Assembly: GCA_013265495.1 (NCBI GenBank)
Contig: MU058441.1
Location: 124,001-188,000 of the forward strand
Length of the DNA stretch: 64,000 nt
From: Vicugna vicugna
Lineage: Eukaryota
Direction of reading: 5' to 3'
Made by a program: the position numbers and the translations under genes. This document shows, in pieces, positions 63,111-64,000 of this stretch. Under the pieces are notes generated by a model. It saw only the letters and a list, made by a program, of their open reading frames with translations, was not told the DNA's origin and did no database searches. Every line of letters begins with the position of its first letter. Within the stretch, counting starts at the first letter, position 1.

Positions 63111-63305
63111 GACCAGCTTCTTCATCCGGTGGGAGAGTATCTGCCAGTCCCTGAACTTCTGGAGACCTGGTGTCCTACTGGCTGCTCTTCCTTTAGGGTG
63201 ATGGAGAGCAGGAGCTAACAGATCATGGAATGTTGTTTTAAAACCATACATTGTCCCCAAAGTGTCTGTGCATTGTGCGAAAAAGAAACCGGGGAAGCAT
63301 TTGGT

Positions 63306-63315
63306 ATTAAATAAA
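63306..63315 (+). terminator. ITGAE: ITGAE polyadenylation signal (overlapping ATTAAA/AATAAA)
   Basis: attaaataaa 200 nt after the stop codon, followed by T/GT-rich sequence. Confidence 0.8.
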
Positions 63316-64000
63316 GTTACACTGTTTTCTTTACAGAAGCACCTTTCATACGTAAATATGATATACTTTGTGATTTTTTTTTTTTTTGCCAAGAGGAGGT
63401 TATACAGCATTTCTCAACCATATCTGCCTAAGAGTGCTTTTTTCCTGCTGTTTCTGGTAACACCTCTCAAAATACCATTCCATGAATTACATCTCGGGGG
63501 GCAGTGGTTGAAAGCAGTTTCTAGTCTGGCAGTTTCAGGTCCTCAGATATGGTCTGTTATTTCAAGTAAGGCCACAAAAAAGCACCTCCAAAGCAAATAT
63601 AAAGGGTAGAAAAACAAAGGTCACCAAACAGGAACAAGGGGGGAAAGAAGACCGGGACTGTGTTCCGAAGCGTCACTTCTGTTGTGTCTGAACATGTCTG
63701 TTTAACACCCGTGCTGCCCTCACCTGGCTTCCTGCTTAGAGAGCTGCTGAGGTGGGGGGGCGGGGGGCCCCCCGACCCTTAGTGAGTGCTGGCCTCAGGA
63801 GAGCGCGCTCGTTCGCGGGAGGGCGTGGGACCTGGCCTGGGAGTTGGGGGCACAGAGATTAGGGCCTAGTCGCAGGCTGGTGTTGCTCTTAGTATCTTAT
63901 GTTATTTAATTTATATGCCCCATGCTGTTAAAACTTGACCATGTCACCCCATTCCCAGCCCTACAGTGGCACAGTCTTTGTTTTTGTAGGTCATAAAAGT

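Noticed and set aside
63740..63840. Small GC/CpG patch downstream of ITGAE as the promoter of the next gene
   Set aside because: Too short, and no associated exon is visible within the window.

Overview
Mammalian genomic DNA, most likely a camelid (inferred from several tRNA-Ala-like SINEs of the vic-1 type). The window holds the complete ITGAE gene (integrin alpha-E/CD103) on the + strand: 31 coding exons from 9172 to 63110, all traced by hand with GT-AG boundaries and consistent phases, splicing to 3516 nt (1171 aa). The intronless HASPIN (GSG2) gene sits antisense in intron 26, with a CpG-island promoter next to ITGAE exon 27. The first ~8 kb are probably the long 3' UTR of NCBP3 (from synteny only). 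Main anomalies: (1) HASPIN has an in-frame TGA exactly at the catalytic-loop Arg (HRD to H*D) in an otherwise intact ORF. (2) A near-identical ~4 kb tandem duplication copies exon 3 and part of exon 4, with two smaller exact duplications nearby; these may be assembly artefacts. (3) A 28-bp minisatellite is made of repeated copies of the exon 12 splice donor. (4) Exon 15 has an apparent 12-nt in-frame gain that creates an N-glycosylation sequon. I cannot support a wholly new biological system from this sequence alone. Comparisons with human orthologues are from memory and need checking.
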